This document shows, one piece after another, positions 9,534 through 18,845 of a stretch of 63,531 bases of DNA. The stretch spans positions 1 through 63,531 of the forward strand of contig CANPVV010000004.1 in the NCBI GenBank assembly GCA_947581835.1, read 5' to 3'. Source of the DNA: an uncultured Bacilli bacterium. Its GTDB lineage: Bacteria; Bacillota_I; Bacilli_A; RF39; UBA660. Both the position numbers and the translations under genes were made by a program. The notes beneath the pieces are model-generated. The model had not been told where the DNA came from. It made no database searches and saw nothing but the letters and a program-made list of their open reading frames with translations. The first letter of the stretch is position 1, and each line of letters begins with the position of its first letter.

Positions 9534-10391
9534 TTAATTAGCAAGTTCGGTACTATACCAGTAATAACTTTGATTATTCTTTTTAAAGGTGTGCTTATAG
9601 GTTGTGAAGTTAGATTTATTTTCTTTAAAATAAGTTTTTTCATTAAAATTTTCTTCATATTTACAAAAGCCATCTTCATCAATTTCATGAGGGACTTCGA
9701 TTTTATAGTTTTTAATATAATCATTGATTGTATTAGGGTCAGTGCAGTTATTTGAACCCATTTCCCCATAGTAATAGTAAGCTGATTTTTCATAGATTAT
9801 TAGCTCGTCTTCTGTAGTTTCGTATTTTTCAATGGAACTCAAATGATTATGGATACATTCTAAACAGATGGTGGTACCATAAAAGTAGTTGTTATAATAA
9901 ACAAAATCAAAAGTTCCATTGGTATATTGAGTTTTTGGGGAACCATTTTCAAGAGTAAAGTTTTTTAAAGAAATATTATCAAGATTATACATTTCTTTTA
10001 ACAATTTTTTGATATCACTTAAAGAATATTTTATATCAAATTTTAAATCTGGATATTCAGGAATTGTATAGGTATTTTGAAATAAGTCTTCTAAAGAATC
10101 TGTGCTTCCTATAACATATAGAGCATAATTTATTAAAGATGCGATAGGAATATTATTTAGATTGTTAGCTTTTTTGTAAACATTATATTCATCTGGAGAT
10201 AAAGGAACATACCTTAAATATTTGGTTAATTCTTCTTCACTTAAAGTAATAGATGGAGTTGGATTAGGATTAGAATCATCGGGAGTAATATCCTTTTTAT
10301 CATTATTTTTTGAAATGTATGCATAAGTGGTAAAGCCGATTCCCCCTATAAGTAGGAGAGTAATTAAAATATAAGGTATAATCTTTTTCAT
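9534..10391 (-). CDS. Membrane-anchored surface protein, paralogue of 8392-9462 without the repeat array
   Basis: It has an N-terminal TM anchor. The shared C-terminal signature is TYKHTFKKNNQSYYWYSTE versus TYKHTFKKIGNNWYWYSSE. Confidence 0.7.
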   Translation of the reverse strand: MKKIIPYILITLLLIGGIGFTTYAYISKNNDKKDITPDDSNPNPTPSITLSEEELTKYLRYVPLSPDEYNVYKKANNLNNIPIASLINYALYVIGSTDSLEDLFQNTYTIPEYPDLKFDIKYSLSDIKKLLKEMYNLDNISLKNFTLENGSPKTQYTNGTFDFVYYNNYFYGTTICLECIHNHLSSIEKYETTEDELIIYEKSAYYYYGEMGSNNCTDPNTINDYIKNYKIEVPHEIDEDGFCKYEENFNEKTYFKENKSNFTTYKHTFKKNNQSYYWYSTELAN

Positions 10392-10487
10392 ATTTAGTTT
10401 CCTCTTTCTATAATTATTAAAACATTTTATTTTTGATTATTCAATAATAAATATTTGGTTTACATTATAGTTTACAGGCTGTTGGCA

Positions 10488-10533
10488 TAAAAAGAAAAAA
10501 GAACTATTTTATTAGTCCTAAATAATAGTTCTT
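10488..10533 (-). terminator. Rho-independent terminator after tyrS
   Basis: A 10-bp stem AAGAACTATT/AATAGTTCTT (10499-10508 with 10524-10533) is followed on the minus strand by a T-run (A-run 10488-10498 on plus). Confidence 0.6.
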
Positions 10534-11730
10534 CTTACCCTTTTTGATAATCATTACTTTATTATCAATGGTGTCTTTATTATCAATGATATATTCTAAA
10601 TCAGTTATTTTGTGATTATTTATATTTATGGCCCCTGCGGTTACAAATTCTCTTGCTTCTCTTTTACTACTGCAAATATGATTGTTTACTAAAAAATCAA
10701 GAATAGAAATATTTAAAGTTACTTCAATATTAGGTACACCTTTTAAGGAATTTATTATATCAGTACTTGATAATTCGGTTACTTTTTCACTGAAGAGACT
10801 TTCACTTATTTTTAAAGCTTTTTCGTATTCTGCATGGCCATGTAAGAAACTGATTACTTCTTCAGCAAGTTTTTTTTGAGCAATTCGTAGTTCGGGAGTT
10901 TTAGTATGACTTTCTTCTATTTTTTCAATTTCTTCTTTAGATAAGAAAGTTAGTTTTTTTAAGTAATCTATAACCATTTCGTCTTCGGTATTAATAAAAA
11001 ATTGATACATTTCATAACTGCTTGTTTTATTTATATCAAGCCAGATAGCATTTCCTTCACTTTTGCCAAATTTGGTACCATCTTTTTTGGTTATTAAAGG
11101 CATTGTAAAACCATAGGCTTCTTTACCAGTTTTTTTACGGATTAAATCAATACCTGCAGTTATATTGCCCCATTGGTCTTGGCCAGCGACTTGCATTAGA
11201 CAATTTTTATGTTCAAAAAGCCATAAAAAGTCTAAGGATTGCATAATCATGTAACTAAATTCAGTATAGGTTATACCAGCATCTAAGCGACGTCTAATAA
11301 TATCTTTATCAAGCATATAATTGATACTGAAAAATTTACCATAATCTCTTAGAAAATCTATAAAATTAATATTTTTACTCCAATCATAGTTATTGACTAC
11401 TTCAAGATTAAAAACTTTTTTTACTTGATTAGTTAAAGCATTTACATTGTGTTCAACTTCTTCTTTTGTAATCATAGCTCGTTCGGCAGTTGGTTTGGGG
11501 TCACCAATTAACCCTGTTGCTCCACCTATTAAAAGTATAGCATGGTGGCCATATCTGGCAAGTCTTTCGGCCATTAAAAATGATGAAAAATGACCAATGT
11601 GAAGTGAATCTCCAGTGGGGTCAGTTCCTATATAAAAGGTTATTTTTTCATTATTTATTAAATCCTCGATTTTAGGGTCAGAAATGTCTTTGATTAAGCC
11701 ACGCCATTTAAGTTCTTCAAAAAATGTCAT
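10504..11730 (-). CDS. tyrS: Tyrosine--tRNA ligase
   Basis: HIGH-type motif (SLHIGHF), KMSKS-type motif (KFGKS) and a C-terminal S4-like domain. The likely start MTFFEELKWRG at 11730 lies 1 nt after the upstream stop. Confidence 0.93.
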   Translation of the reverse strand: MTFFEELKWRGLIKDISDPKIEDLINNEKITFYIGTDPTGDSLHIGHFSSFLMAERLARYGHHAILLIGGATGLIGDPKPTAERAMITKEEVEHNVNALTNQVKKVFNLEVVNNYDWSKNINFIDFLRDYGKFFSINYMLDKDIIRRRLDAGITYTEFSYMIMQSLDFLWLFEHKNCLMQVAGQDQWGNITAGIDLIRKKTGKEAYGFTMPLITKKDGTKFGKSEGNAIWLDINKTSSYEMYQFFINTEDEMVIDYLKKLTFLSKEEIEKIEESHTKTPELRIAQKKLAEEVISFLHGHAEYEKALKISESLFSEKVTELSSTDIINSLKGVPNIEVTLNISILDFLVNNHICSSKREAREFVTAGAININNHKITDLEYIIDNKDTIDNKVMIIKKGKKNYYLGLIK

Positions 11731-11731
11731 A

Positions 11732-12925
11732 TTATCCCTCCACAAAATTTCCATTTTCCATTATAACTACTTCTTGGCCATTTTGCAAGTGGGCAATTAC
11801 GGATAAATCAGAGGTTCCTATAAAGAAATCGACGTGTTCACTAGAATAGTTTAGGCCTAAGTCTAATAGTTCTTCCGTAGTTTTTTCTAAACCATCTTGG
11901 ATACACTCAGCAAAACTGGCTCCTATAGCTAAATGGCAAGAGGCATTTTCATCATAAAGGGTATTTTTAAATAAAACATTGGTATTTGATATAGGTGATG
12001 AAAAATCCACCAAGGCGACTTCACCAAGATAGTGAGATCCTTCATCAGTTTCAATTATACCTTTTAGGATATCCTTCCCCTTTTTAGCATCATAATTAAT
12101 TATACGACCATCTTTAAATTCTAAATAAAAATCTTCAATTACATTATCGTTATGGATAAGAACTTTGGAAGAATAAACTATACCATTTATTTTTAGACGA
12201 TCTGGAGAGGTAAAAACTTCTTCCGTTGGCATATTAACTAAATTTTGGCTTTCAGCACTAGCAAAAAGATAGTTTGGAGGTAAGCCTATTTCTAAATTGG
12301 TTCCTAAATTATTTTTATAGATTAATTTAGTAATGTGTAATTCATTTAAATACTTAGCTCTTTTACTTAGTTTAGATATTTTTTGGTCCCAAGCAAGACG
12401 AGGATTTGGAGTATTAATTAAACAAATATCAAAAATTAAATCCCAAAGTTTATCAATTGTTATATTATCTAAGCTTTCTGCCCAAAAAGGATTGGGAACG
12501 GCACTGATATTCCATTTTATTAAACCTTTATTTTGGTAATGACGGTATTCTTTTATACTTTCCATTTGTTTTTGCGCAACGGCATTTAAAATTTCTGGGC
12601 TAACCTCATTAAAATAGCCAGGAAGTGGACTAGAAAGCATTAAAAAGGCATAACCTTCTTTGGCTAAATCATTATACATAGTTTTAGAAATTAAAGGACT
12701 TTCTAAGATTATATCAAGAGAATTATTTAAATATAATTCTTTTTGTTTTTCGGGACTACTTATTAAAGTTTTTATTTCGGTTATCCCTAAGGCATGAGCT
12801 TCGTCTATAACAAGATCGATAAAATCTGTGATTAAATCAATGCCAATGATAAATAGTTTCGAGTTTTTGGTTAGATTAAGACAGCCCTCTAATAAAAATT
12901 TAGCATATTTTCTTTTTTGGTTCAT
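11732..12925 (-). CDS. M29-family aminopeptidase (AmpS/PepS-like)
   Basis: 397 aa. The overall pattern (KYAKFLLE..., NMPTEEVFTSP, GEVALV, DENASCHLAIG) fits thermophilic metalloprotease M29. Confidence 0.8.
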   Translation of the reverse strand: MNQKRKYAKFLLEGCLNLTKNSKLFIIGIDLITDFIDLVIDEAHALGITEIKTLISSPEKQKELYLNNSLDIILESPLISKTMYNDLAKEGYAFLMLSSPLPGYFNEVSPEILNAVAQKQMESIKEYRHYQNKGLIKWNISAVPNPFWAESLDNITIDKLWDLIFDICLINTPNPRLAWDQKISKLSKRAKYLNELHITKLIYKNNLGTNLEIGLPPNYLFASAESQNLVNMPTEEVFTSPDRLKINGIVYSSKVLIHNDNVIEDFYLEFKDGRIINYDAKKGKDILKGIIETDEGSHYLGEVALVDFSSPISNTNVLFKNTLYDENASCHLAIGASFAECIQDGLEKTTEELLDLGLNYSSEHVDFFIGTSDLSVIAHLQNGQEVVIMENGNFVEG

Positions 12926-12950
12926 AATATTTTCCTCTTTCTTAACAGTA

Positions 12951-12991
12951 AAAAGTTCATAAGGAAAGCTAAACTTTGGTTATGAACTTTT
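12951..12991 (-). terminator. Hairpin terminator after the large repeat-protein gene
   Basis: A perfect 12-bp stem AAAAGTTCATAA/TTATGAACTTTT (12951-62 with 12980-91) starts 5 nt beyond the stop at 12996. Confidence 0.6.
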
Positions 12992-12995
12992 AATT

Positions 12996-15776
12996 TTATT
13001 TATAAAATGATTCAACAATTTCATAGTTGGAGTATTTATAACTATTAGAAGCTAAATCGGTAATACAATTATTTAAATCAGTATAAGATATATCAAAGTA
13101 GAATGGAACAAAGTTAATATTGGCTTTGATATTTGAAGCATAATATGGAGTTACTCCATTAGTATTATACTTATAGTATGCTCTAAGATACCAGGTACTT
13201 CCAGTTTTATAAGGAGTATATACAACTGGGGTGAAATTACTTGATTTTAAAGAATAATTTTTTAGAGTAGCACCATTTACAAAATCAACATAATAACCAT
13301 TATTGCTTCCAGCTTTAGCTATTTCTTTGTTGCGATAATAAGTGGCAGCTAATTCATAATCATTACTACTTGATAAATATCCATAATTAGTTACTTTAAG
13401 ATTATTGGTATTGTAATTTTTAGTAAATTGAATGGTCCAGTCTACACTTGAATTAGTGTTTGCTTGTACCCAAGAAATAGAATAATGTCTTTCTTGTTCT
13501 TTTTTACAATATTTAGAATATAAAACTTGTTCTTTTTCCCATTTAGCAACTAAAGTATAGTCTTGGTAAATACGAGTATTAAAGTTAAATTCACTATTAT
13601 TATAATACCAGCCTAAGAAACGGTAACCACTACGGGTTGGATTAGATGGCCTTGAAACATAATTTCCTTCATCAACAGTTTGTGAGGCTACATAAGAACC
13701 ACCATTACTGTTAAAGGTTACTTTATAGGTCTTATGGCAGCTGCCATCATCGGTCCATTCAGCAACTAAGTGTTTATCACTGTAGACTTTGGTATTGAAG
13801 TTGTAGACTGCACCACTTAAAGAGTTAAGATGCCATGCGACAAATTTATAACAAGCTCGGGTTGGGGTACTTGGTTTTGAGACATAACCGCCTTCATTGA
13901 TGGTTTGTGGTGAGATATAGCTACCACCATTACTATCAAAGGTTGCTTGATAGGTTTTATGACAGCTACCATCGTCAGCCCACTCAGCAACTAAATGTTT
14001 ATCACTGTAAACTTTGGTATTAAAGTTGTAGACTGCTCCACTTAAAGAGTTGAGATGCCATGCGACAAATTTATAACAAGCTCTAGTTGGTGTACTTGGT
14101 TTTGAGACATAACCACCTTCATTGATGGTTTGTGGTGAAACATAGCTACCACCATTACTATCGAAGGTTGCTTGATAGCTCTTATGGCAACTGCCATCAT
14201 CTACCCATTCGGCAACTAAGTGTTTATCGCCATATACTGGAGTATTGAAGTTGTAAACTGCACCACTTAAGGAATTGAGGTGCCATGCAACAAATTGATA
14301 GCAAGATTTGGTTGGGTTACTTGGTCTTGAGACATAGCCACCTTCATTGATTGTTTGTGGTGAAATATAGTTTCCACCATTACTATCAAAGGTTGCTTGA
14401 TAGGTTTTATGACAGCTGCCATCGTCAGCCCACTCAGCAACTAAATGAATATCACCATAAACTGGAGTATTAAAGTTATAGATACTGCCACTTAAAGAAT
14501 TTAGATGCCATGCGACAAATTGATAACATGGACGAGTTGGATTAGCAGGTCTTTTAGCCCAATTTCCTTCTTCAACCGTATCTGGGGCAACTGAAGAGCC
14601 ACCATTTGAATCATAAGTTATATTATAATTAGTTTTAGTATGACAACTACCGTCATCTTCCCATTTAGCAACAAGGGTAATATTTCCTTTTACAGGGTTA
14701 CTAAAATCATATTTGATACCATTTAAATACCAGCCTAAAAAGCGATAACATTTACGAGTTGGGTCACTTGGCCTTGTAACTTCATTTCCATCTAAAACTT
14801 CTTGAGAATCAACTGAGGAACCACCATTACTATCAAAGTCAACAACATATTCTAAGCGAGTATTTATTTTACGCCATTTAGCATAAAGAGTTGTTGGAGC
14901 AGTAATTGGAGTATTAAAATCAAATTTAGTGGTTAGACTGCTATCCTTATACCAACCTAAAAATTCATAACCATCTTTATAAGTTGTAGCATATAAAGCA
15001 ACGTCACCTTGTCTTACTACTTGACGAGGAACATAGCTACCACCATTGGTTTCAAAATATACAGAATATAAGACATTACTTGTACAAGAATTACAGTTTG
15101 GGGTATTGTTAGGGCAACCACAATTGTTTACATAGTTGATATTGTAGTTGGTTATATAGGTGCCTCCCCTATTATTGTTTGATGGATAGGTTTCAGTAGT
15201 GGATGGACTAGTATAATTGTTAGTGGTATTGTTATAACTGTTATTGATACTGTTATCATTAGTTGAAGGTGTGATATAATCACCAGAATAGGTTCCATCT
15301 TTAGTATTGTTGGAATTATCTGTTTGATTAGTGGTATTAGTTGTTGTTCCACAATCAAGACAAGCGATTAAATCATTGCTAATAGTAGTTACAATGTAGT
15401 CTTCTTTATCATCACAGCTTAAATAAACTTTCATAGCATATTCATTATCTAATTGTTTAGTTGTTTTAATATAACTGTTTTTAGTATCACAAACTTTATT
15501 GTTTTCATCATAAAATTCAACTAAAAGTTTGGAATCAATCATTTCTTGTAAAGTTATTTCTTTAGATGTCCCTATTTTTTCAGGAAGATTGGTTCCTTGA
15601 AAATACTCAAAACCCGCTTCTTTCATAAGATTGATATTATTTATATAATTTGATAAATAACCATTACTAGTGTTAGATTTTTTAGGGATTAATACCCATA
15701 TGATACTTACAATAACAAAAACTATTACGATAAATAACATTACTTTAATAAAACTTATTTTATATTCTTTTTCCAT
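12996..15776 (-). CDS. Large surface protein with seven Listeria-Bacteroides (InlB B-repeat-like) repeats
   Basis: It has an N-terminal TM helix and an N/T-rich, Cys-containing linker. Seven repeats follow the pattern Y-x-[VA]-x-F-[DN]-SNGGS...P-T-[RK]-x-[CG]-Y-x-F-[LV]-[GA]-W. A distinct ~177-aa C-terminal domain follows. Confidence 0.85.
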   Translation of the reverse strand: MEKEYKISFIKVMLFIVIVFVIVSIIWVLIPKKSNTSNGYLSNYINNINLMKEAGFEYFQGTNLPEKIGTSKEITLQEMIDSKLLVEFYDENNKVCDTKNSYIKTTKQLDNEYAMKVYLSCDDKEDYIVTTISNDLIACLDCGTTTNTTNQTDNSNNTKDGTYSGDYITPSTNDNSINNSYNNTTNNYTSPSTTETYPSNNNRGGTYITNYNINYVNNCGCPNNTPNCNSCTSNVLYSVYFETNGGSYVPRQVVRQGDVALYATTYKDGYEFLGWYKDSSLTTKFDFNTPITAPTTLYAKWRKINTRLEYVVDFDSNGGSSVDSQEVLDGNEVTRPSDPTRKCYRFLGWYLNGIKYDFSNPVKGNITLVAKWEDDGSCHTKTNYNITYDSNGGSSVAPDTVEEGNWAKRPANPTRPCYQFVAWHLNSLSGSIYNFNTPVYGDIHLVAEWADDGSCHKTYQATFDSNGGNYISPQTINEGGYVSRPSNPTKSCYQFVAWHLNSLSGAVYNFNTPVYGDKHLVAEWVDDGSCHKSYQATFDSNGGSYVSPQTINEGGYVSKPSTPTRACYKFVAWHLNSLSGAVYNFNTKVYSDKHLVAEWADDGSCHKTYQATFDSNGGSYISPQTINEGGYVSKPSTPTRACYKFVAWHLNSLSGAVYNFNTKVYSDKHLVAEWTDDGSCHKTYKVTFNSNGGSYVASQTVDEGNYVSRPSNPTRSGYRFLGWYYNNSEFNFNTRIYQDYTLVAKWEKEQVLYSKYCKKEQERHYSISWVQANTNSSVDWTIQFTKNYNTNNLKVTNYGYLSSSNDYELAATYYRNKEIAKAGSNNGYYVDFVNGATLKNYSLKSSNFTPVVYTPYKTGSTWYLRAYYKYNTNGVTPYYASNIKANINFVPFYFDISYTDLNNCITDLASNSYKYSNYEIVESFYK
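13530..15071. repeat. Coding tandem repeat region (7 domain repeats; four nearly identical 225-bp units at about 13728-14627)
   Basis: Repeats 5 and 6 differ at only 3 of 75 aa. The 225-bp periodicity is visible in the nucleotide sequence. Confidence 0.8.
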
Positions 15777-15871
15777 TTAGACCACCCTTACTAATTTTCT
15801 TTATATGTTTAGTATAGCTTTTATATTCTTTAATGTCAAGCTTTTCTTATTTTTTCAAGTAAAAAACAAGC

Positions 15872-16342
15872 TTATTTGCTTGCTTTAGGACTTTGTTTCT
15901 TAGGTAAATCTTTTTTATTATCTGGTTTTTCTTCATCCTTTAATTTAGAAGTAATATTTTCTAAAGTTTTGATGGTTGATTCTTTTACTTCTCTGGCTGC
16001 AGCTTCAATTACTGGAGTTCCTTTTTTAACAGCAATATCAACTAATTCATCAGCTTTGCGTTTGATTTCTTTAGCACCATCTTTAATTTTTTCAGCAACT
16101 TGTTCTTTATCTAAGTTTTTTAAATCCTCTTTTATTTCGGCAACTTTGGTTTCAATAGCTTCTTTTACTTCATCCATTTTGACATTTTTAGCTTTTTTAA
16201 CTAAATCATCCATTTTAACTTTTAATTCTTTACGAGTTTCTTCACCACTTTTTGGAGCAAATAATAAGCCAAGAGTTACACCAATACCAGCACCCGCTAA
16301 AAATTTACCTAACCCCATCTTTTTATTTTTTTGTTCAGACAT
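15872..16342 (-). CDS. YtxH-domain general-stress-type protein
   Basis: The N-terminus GLGKFLAGAGIGVTLGLLFAPKSGEETRKELK is the YtxH signature. The rest is K/E-rich helical sequence. Confidence 0.8.
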   Translation of the reverse strand: MSEQKNKKMGLGKFLAGAGIGVTLGLLFAPKSGEETRKELKVKMDDLVKKAKNVKMDEVKEAIETKVAEIKEDLKNLDKEQVAEKIKDGAKEIKRKADELVDIAVKKGTPVIEAAAREVKESTIKTLENITSKLKDEEKPDNKKDLPKKQSPKASK

Positions 16343-16634
16343 TTTCTTTTTCCTCCTTTATTTTCTTTGTTTTTTTATGTAAAAATAGTTTTGATGCAAG
16401 CGATGAGACGCCTTCTACTATTTTATCAGTCATTGTTACTAGTTTATCGGTTGTAAAATCTACAATTTGGAAAAATCCATTTAAAGATTCTACTTTCTCA
16501 TTTACATCATCAACTACTTTTTCCACCTTATTAACTGTAATAATTGACTTGATACCTAATATTATGCCAATAACTAATAATATTATTAATAAAATATAGA
16601 TAATTATGGGCAAAAAAGATAACCAAAAATCCAT
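16335..16634 (-). CDS. DUF948 (YtxG-like) membrane protein
   Basis: A single N-terminal TM helix is followed by a coiled segment. It sits immediately upstream of the ytxH-like gene, as in the Bacillus ytxGH arrangement. Confidence 0.65.
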   Translation of the reverse strand: MDFWLSFLPIIIYILLIILLVIGIILGIKSIITVNKVEKVVDDVNEKVESLNGFFQIVDFTTDKLVTMTDKIVEGVSSLASKLFLHKKTKKIKEEKENV

Positions 16635-17575
16635 TATTCACCTTCCTCTCTATTTTCATACATAGAATCAATTAAATCAAATAAATCGCTTTCTAAACTA
16701 TCATCAGGTTCTTCTTTTTTATCTAAGTGTTCTAAAGAAATGACTGCATCTTCTTCTGAGGCATCAGGAGTCATGTCTAATTCTTTGGAATAATCGATAG
16801 CCTCTTCTACTTCAAAATTATCTGAAGGCTCATCTTTAAGATTTAAATCAATAACGTCATCACTGCTATCTTTTAATAACTCATCGATTGTACGGGCTTT
16901 TTCTAATTTTTCTTCTAGTATTAAATCATCACTGGTTTTTTCAATAGAAATTTCAGGAGTTTTAGATTTAGAAGTTTCTTTTTCAGGTTCTTTTTTCTCA
17001 CCAAAAGCTTTTTTACGAACACTATCAACGTCAAGTTTACGAGATAAACCAGAATCAGGACGACTAGTTATTTCATCAGGAGTATAATTTTTATCTAAGA
17101 TGCCATAGACTGGACTAATTATTGGTGATGGTTTAAATTTAACTTTCTCCTCTTTAGGTTTTTCTTCAACTCTTTTATATTCAACTTTTTCTTTTTTAGA
17201 GAGAGTTTTTTCTTTTTCTAAAATGTTTTGAGGACGACGAGGAGCAATATTTTCAAATTCTTCTTCATCAAAATCGGGAAAGTTAAAAGTTTTTTCACTT
17301 GTAAATAGTTCTCTTTCACTTATTTTTTCGCTTCTACTTCTAAGCTCTTGATTTTGGTCTTCTAATTTTTTTTCTTCTTTAATAACTGGCTCTAAATCGT
17401 CATAAAAAGAGGTTTTAATTTCTTTTTGAGGAGACACAGCTGGAGGGACTTCTTTTTTGGGCATTTCTTTATAAATTGGTTCTTCTTTTTTTTCTTTTTT
17501 CTTTTTGTCAATAATAGGAATTTCAACTTCTTCTTCTTCAAAAAGAATATTTTTTAGTTTATTCATTAATCCCAT
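16634..17575 (-). CDS. Highly charged K/E/D-rich protein, function unknown
   Basis: The start MGLMNKLKNILFEEEE follows an AAGGTGA RBS. The N-terminal amphipathic motif recalls SepF, but no SepF core domain is visible. Confidence 0.55.
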   Translation of the reverse strand: MGLMNKLKNILFEEEEVEIPIIDKKKKEKKEEPIYKEMPKKEVPPAVSPQKEIKTSFYDDLEPVIKEEKKLEDQNQELRSRSEKISERELFTSEKTFNFPDFDEEEFENIAPRRPQNILEKEKTLSKKEKVEYKRVEEKPKEEKVKFKPSPIISPVYGILDKNYTPDEITSRPDSGLSRKLDVDSVRKKAFGEKKEPEKETSKSKTPEISIEKTSDDLILEEKLEKARTIDELLKDSSDDVIDLNLKDEPSDNFEVEEAIDYSKELDMTPDASEEDAVISLEHLDKKEEPDDSLESDLFDLIDSMYENREEGE

Positions 17576-17588
17576 TATTATCACCTTC

Positions 17589-18221
17589 CTAATTTATGTA
17601 ATCTGGGTCTTTTGGCCCTTCTTCGGTATCGTAATCTTCAGTAAATTCCAGATAATTATCACTACCAACAATTTCAAATATATTAAAATGTTCTTCATGC
17701 ATATCATAATCAGTACTACTTAAATAATTTTTTATTATATTATCATTATACGTGATTGATGAAATTATGCTCATAGAATTTGCTATAGCATTGTTTAAAT
17801 CTTTTTCTAATACTATCACTTCTATTTTAGCATAATTATACATAATTTCAACTAAATATTGGTCGTTTTTGTAATTATTTATTTCAATATAACCTTTTTT
17901 ATTATTCCTCATTAATTTTTTAGAATAGTAACTGGTTGTATTTTCTTGATAATTAAAATTGGTTTTATGGTAGTAACTAACAATATCAACGTATAAATAA
18001 TAGGTATATTTATCACTAGTTAAAATTTCATTATAATTATCACTGTTTAAAAGTTTTAGACCACGGGGTTTGTAGTACTTATAACCTTTACGATAGGTAT
18101 TATAAATTTGGGCTTCACTTAATAAAGCATCGTTTATAATACTTTCTTTTAGATTTTTTTCAATACTAGTACAACCTGTTAGAAAAAACATAATTATACT
18201 TAGTAGGATTATTCTTTTCAT
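17589..18221 (-). CDS. Lipoprotein, function unknown
   Basis: Signal peptide with lipobox FFLTGC. Confidence 0.7.
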   Translation of the reverse strand: MKRIILLSIIMFFLTGCTSIEKNLKESIINDALLSEAQIYNTYRKGYKYYKPRGLKLLNSDNYNEILTSDKYTYYLYVDIVSYYHKTNFNYQENTTSYYSKKLMRNNKKGYIEINNYKNDQYLVEIMYNYAKIEVIVLEKDLNNAIANSMSIISSITYNDNIIKNYLSSTDYDMHEEHFNIFEIVGSDNYLEFTEDYDTEEGPKDPDYIN

Positions 18222-18324
18222 TTAATATCCTCCTACAATTAATAATTATAATAAAAATTGAGGAAAATTGCAATAAATTTGTTTAACTTGATGGGAATCT
18301 AAAGAAATATAAAAAGAAAAAGAG

Positions 18325-18792
18325 TTATAAGTAAGACTCAAACTCTTCTCGATTATGTTCTTCTGTTGCGTATAATCTATTAGCTAAATCAATAATTTCG
18401 GAATCTATTCCTTCTTTTTTTTCGTACATATTTAGTTTTTCTTTGATAGCGATAACACCTTTTTCGTTTCCTTCCATCATAAGTTTAACAATATTTTTAT
18501 CTTCTTTATTAATACTCATGAGCTCAGACATAACTTTACTAGATAATTTTTGGATAGCACTGATCTCTTCTTCTTTAGCACCATATTTAGATAATAATTT
18601 TTTTGCATCATTACAAAATTCTTCATATTCTTCTCTTTGTTCTTTGATTAGATGGCTAATTTCTTCATCTTCTACTTTTTTCATAACACAGTCAATTCCA
18701 ATTAAACCCATTTCAGCATTTTGATAGATTAAATTTAAAAATTCAATGTTTTCTTCTTTTGATACTTTTTTTGTTTCGTTTTCTTTTTCCAT
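18325..18792 (-). CDS. Helical E/K-rich protein, function unknown
   Basis: Clean 155-aa ORF. No motif recognised. Confidence 0.55.
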   Translation of the reverse strand: MEKENETKKVSKEENIEFLNLIYQNAEMGLIGIDCVMKKVEDEEISHLIKEQREEYEEFCNDAKKLLSKYGAKEEEISAIQKLSSKVMSELMSINKEDKNIVKLMMEGNEKGVIAIKEKLNMYEKKEGIDSEIIDLANRLYATEEHNREEFESYL

Positions 18793-18845
18793 AAAAATTC
18801 ACCCATTTTTATTATGAGTGATTTTTTTATTTTTATACTTGTTAT

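Noticed and set aside
9072-9793. ORFs 9072-9353(-), 9092-9376(+), 9377-9793(-) and 9570-9755(+)
   Set aside because: They are generated by alternative frames of the 24-bp tandem repeat or overlap the two surface-protein genes. Their repetitive translations mirror the repeat, so they are not independent genes.
9100-14627. Tandem repeats considered as possible CRISPR arrays
   Set aside because: Both arrays (24-bp and 225-bp periods) are direct, spacer-less, in-frame coding repeats within long ORFs. No repeat-spacer architecture or cas genes are present in the window.
15876-16599. Plus-strand ORFs 15876-16382 and 16252-16599
   Set aside because: They are antisense to the ytxH-like and DUF948 genes. 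Their S/F/L-rich translations are typical of the reverse frame of K/E-rich genes.
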